Origin: an uncultured Acidobacteriota bacterium
Lineage (GTDB): Bacteria; Acidobacteriota; Vicinamibacteria; Vicinamibacterales; 2-12-FULL-66-21
Assembly (NCBI GenBank): GCA_963742265.1
Contig: CAVULC010000004.1
Location: 84,733 to 148,732 of the forward strand
Length of the DNA: 64,000 nt
Direction of reading: 5' to 3'
The notes beneath the pieces were generated by a model. It was not told the origin of the DNA and did not search any database. It worked only from the letters and a program-made list of their open reading frames with translations. Position numbers and translations under genes: made by a program. This document shows positions 62,593 to 64,000 of this stretch, one piece after another (the stretch's first letter is position 1; the number at the start of each line of letters is the position of its first letter).

Positions 62593-62622
62593 TCGCGACG
62601 GCGGTCGGTCCCGCTCCCCCCG

Positions 62623-63718
62623 TCAGCGCAGGTCCCTGGCGATCGACAGGAGCTCGTCGGCATCCAGCGAGCCGGCCACGGCGGTCACCACACCATCGTC
62701 CACCCACACGACGGCCGCCAGCGACCGGTCGCGGGTGGCCAGCACGGTGGCCGGCGCCCCGTTGACGTCCGCGGAGGAGGTGGTGACCTGATCGGCGGGG
62801 ACGGGCAGCGGCAGGGTCGAGCCGTCGCCGGTGAACGTTCGCAGCTGCGCTGCGACGTCCTCGGGTAGACCGGGCAGTGACAGCAGATAGTCGCGTACGG
62901 TCTCGAACGGAACGCCGGAGGAGAATGCCGTCGGCGCGACGGCGCGACCTACGACGAGGGCGGGCACGCCCGCTGAGGACGACCCACACCTGCGCCACCC
63001 CGGGACCGGCGGCCAGACGCACCGTGCTGCCGTCCAAACCGGGCGGCCGGGAGGCACCGGCTCCCCGGTCTCGGCGGCGGCGGCGGCCGCGCGGTCCGCG
63101 CGAGAAGGTGAACGTGGCACTGACCTCGTCGCCCACCTGGTAGACCGGCGCGCCGGTGACCCCGCGCGGCAGATCGGTCACCTCTGGCACGTCGAGGCCG
63201 GTCTGCGTCCGCCGCGGCCGCTGCGTCGGCGACCTCGTGCACGTCGGCCTCGCGGGTGACCGGAGATCGCCGTACGCGCTCAGGTCGGGCAGGGCGATCA
63301 GGTCGGCGGAGCTGAGGCTGACCGGGGCGATCTGCTCGGTCCGGAAGATCTGCAGCCAGTCGTTGGCGGCCGCTGCACCGGCACCGGTCAGCACGACCAC
63401 GGCGACGGCCAGCGCGCCGCGAAACGGGACGGCGGAGGAACGCGCGGGACGAACCGGGGCGCGGCGGGGCGCCCGACGAAGATTCGGCTCCGGCAGCAGC
63501 CGATGCAGCAGTGAGGCGACGCCACGCGGCGGTGACGTCAAGCGTCCTCGCCGCCGTCGGTCGCGAGCGCGGCGTCGACGAGGTCGGCGTCCTCGCGCAT
63601 GGCGGCCAGCTCCCCGAGGCACTGCGGGCAGCCGGCGACATGCTCGCGGTCCGGCGTCGGCCACCCCGGCCGGCTCGTCGAGCAGCCGGCGCAGCACGCC
63701 TTCAGTCGGATGACGCAT
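62623..63718 (-). CDS. putative membrane-anchored anti-sigma factor-like protein (frameshifted)
   Basis: N-terminal HVAGCPQC (HxxxCxxC ZAS-like), a TM helix and an extracytoplasmic domain. Overlaps the sigma factor stop. Confidence 0.65.
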
Positions 63719-64000
63719 GACGGTTCAACTCCTTGCGCAGGGCGGATTCGGCGCGTCGCACGGTGGTGCCGACGCTGCCGGGGGACAGGTCGAGGGCTGC
63801 GGCGACGTCGGCGTAGCTCAGGCCGCTGTGCCGCAGCACGAGGGCCACGGCCTGCTTGCGGGGCAGCCGGGCGAGCGCGGCGCGCACGCGGCCGCGCTCC
63901 TCGCGCGTCACCACCGTCGTCGGCGACGTCGGACACGACGGTGTCGGTCGCGCGGCGGCGATCTCCTCGCGCGACGGCGCGACGGCGGCCCGAACGGAGC
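63702..64000 (-). CDS. ECF RNA polymerase sigma factor, 5' partial
   Basis: Region 4: VRAALARLPRKQAVALVLRHSGLSYADVAAALDLSPGSVGTTVRRA. Confidence 0.88.
   Translation of the reverse strand, partial: SVRAAVAPSREEIAAARPTPSCPTSPTTVVTREERGRVRAALARLPRKQAVALVLRHSGLSYADVAAALDLSPGSVGTTVRRAESALRKELNRHASSD

Overview
GC-rich bacterial chromosomal window. Its gene content (VWA protein, ADOP permease with PadR, DUF6677/DUF2911-type genes, futalosine operon) points to Acidobacteriota, probably Vicinamibacteria-like; this is an inference. It is mostly housekeeping: ribH-nusB-lysS-lolCE-lolD; clpC-bamA-skp-fabZ/lpxA-lpxI; a futalosine menaquinone cluster; tonB-miaA-hfq-deoB-dgt; yceD-rpmF-plsX-fabD-fabG-acpP-fabF-etfBA-ETF-QO; leuS-lptE-holA and rpsT; alaS-recX-pilT-ilvE; rsmE and prmA. 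Many genes at about 10.7-22.7 kb and 54-64 kb carry single-base indels that look like long-read consensus errors. The last ~2.1 kb is a higher-GC, actinobacterial-looking segment joined abruptly to prmA. The most striking unexplained structure is a set of at least 13 short 7- or 8-nt tandem arrays from several unrelated motif families. They sit almost only at gene junctions, often begin in or supply the upstream stop codon, sometimes form long inverted hairpins, and bracket some accessory genes. Other highlights: an MqnE-like protein with no radical-SAM cysteine motif, an apparent FabZ-LpxA fusion, GTAG-type REP palindromes, a palindromic in-frame insert in mqnC, a zinc-ribbon kinase with an HRDLRPAN loop, and several leaderless-type promoters. 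No rRNA, tRNA, CRISPR, transposase or integrase was recognised.
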